Shown piece after piece: positions 9,277 through 10,299 of a DNA stretch of 10,299 nucleotides. Each line of letters starts with the position of its first letter. Positions within the stretch are counted from its first letter, which is position 1. This DNA comes from Paraspadella gotoi (taxonomy: Eukaryota > Animalia > Chaetognatha): positions 1-10,299 of the forward strand of contig JBJCIZ010000765.1 of NCBI GenBank assembly GCA_051294375.1, written 5' to 3'. A program made the translations under genes and the position numbers. The notes beneath the pieces are model-generated. The model was not told where the DNA came from. It saw only the letters and a program-made list of their open reading frames with translations, and did not search any database.

Positions 9277-9390
9277 CGGAGGAACACCCGAAAGGCGGCT
9301 CGCTCTGCCGCCGACCGAGACCGCTGCCGACGCTGCCGGTGCAACTCGGCAGAGCCAATGTCGGCAAGACTTTCGGATTCGGAGCTTTCG
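9277..9390. other. GC-rich self-complementary island (possible structured element or small exon)
   Basis: Markedly GC-rich against AT-rich flanks. Three perfect inverted pairs: 9288-9294/9370-9376, 9302-9310/9347-9355, 9325-9331/9360-9366. Confidence 0.4.
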
Positions 9391-9619
9391 ACACAAAGTA
9401 TTGTTAAGTTATAATCTTGGAGTTTTGTATGAATATTGCAATACAGGCCAAGAGAATTGAGTCTCCTTGATTTATTTTTTTGTTGGTTCTGCGATATAAT
9501 TATTATATTTGGTTGCGTCACCTGCTGGTCGAAAAAAAGAGCAAAAAAAATGAACAAACATGAAATCGAATCCGACAACAAGAAATAAAAATCGTAAAGA
9601 TTTCTCGTCGTGATAGGAA

Positions 9620-9730
<111 letters not shown>

Positions 9731-9977
9731 TATGCGCGGGCGCGGAGGGCGGCTTGTTTGCTCTCGAATCTCTGGCTTCTTTGGGTCATAAAGATAAAAA
9801 CGTTTGAGACAAAAAGTCAACGTTTTCTTTTTTTTTCCATTTTTATTATAACAAATTTTGTTATTTTTTTATATTTAAATTCCTTAAAAAGAATAAAATA
9901 TGAAATAAAAAAATTCGTTGCGTGGGATCTTTGGGTGTCGAAAGAGAGAGAGTTTTAAGAGGTGAAAGATTGTGCGT

Positions 9978-10098
9978 GAAAGAGCAAGCAGACGCAGAGG
10001 ACGAGCGAGACGAGAGAGGAGAGCAGAAGAGACGCAGCTGAGAGACGATGAGCAGACGCAGAGAGCATCGAGAGAGACGAGAGAGCAGACGATGGAAG
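9978..10098. repeat. Degenerate GA/GAC/GCA low-complexity purine tract
   Basis: Recurrent gagacga, gagcaga and gacgcag words; probably a decayed or noisy (GA)n. Confidence 0.6.
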
Positions 10099-10299
10099 GC
10101 TTAATCAACAGAAGACTTAACTAATACTTAAAACTTAATACAACAAACTGCCGGTTTCACTAAAAGAAAAAAAAGTAAGTTTTGAAAAAAAGATTGGCCT
10201 AAAAAATCATTGTCGGAAGTGAAAAAAAAAGAAGAAAAAACCCAGAAACGAGATTCTTTCTCATTCACAGAATCACGGAATCACGCAGTTGCTACGCGA

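Overview
AT-rich, microsatellite-dense, apparently non-coding eukaryotic DNA. CpG/CGCG words are common, so an invertebrate or protist is more likely than a vertebrate (inference). No protein-coding gene is supportable: nearly all listed ORFs are translations of (AG)n/(TC)n/poly-A tracts or of the satellite. The main feature is a ~4.8-kb tandem array (~1419-6177) of about 64 copies (hand count) of a 70-bp unit, consensus CTATGAAGCCATAGTAAGGTGGACAGCAGAAAATTTCATACAGCCTCGCTACCCACCTGTAACCACTACA. Copy differences are mostly scattered single-base insertions (observed period ~75 vs consensus 70), which looks like uncorrected long-read error over a near-homogeneous array. Read on the minus strand, the unit is almost fully base-paired using G-U wobbles and contains a tRNA-like 5' end/A-box followed by TTTT. 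It may therefore be a tandem array, or a concatemeric copy, of a small structured RNA rather than a plain satellite; this is a hypothesis. Also present: a two-subtype 21/23-bp minisatellite starting from a head-to-head palindrome (7021-7270) and a GC-rich, self-complementary island (9277-9390).
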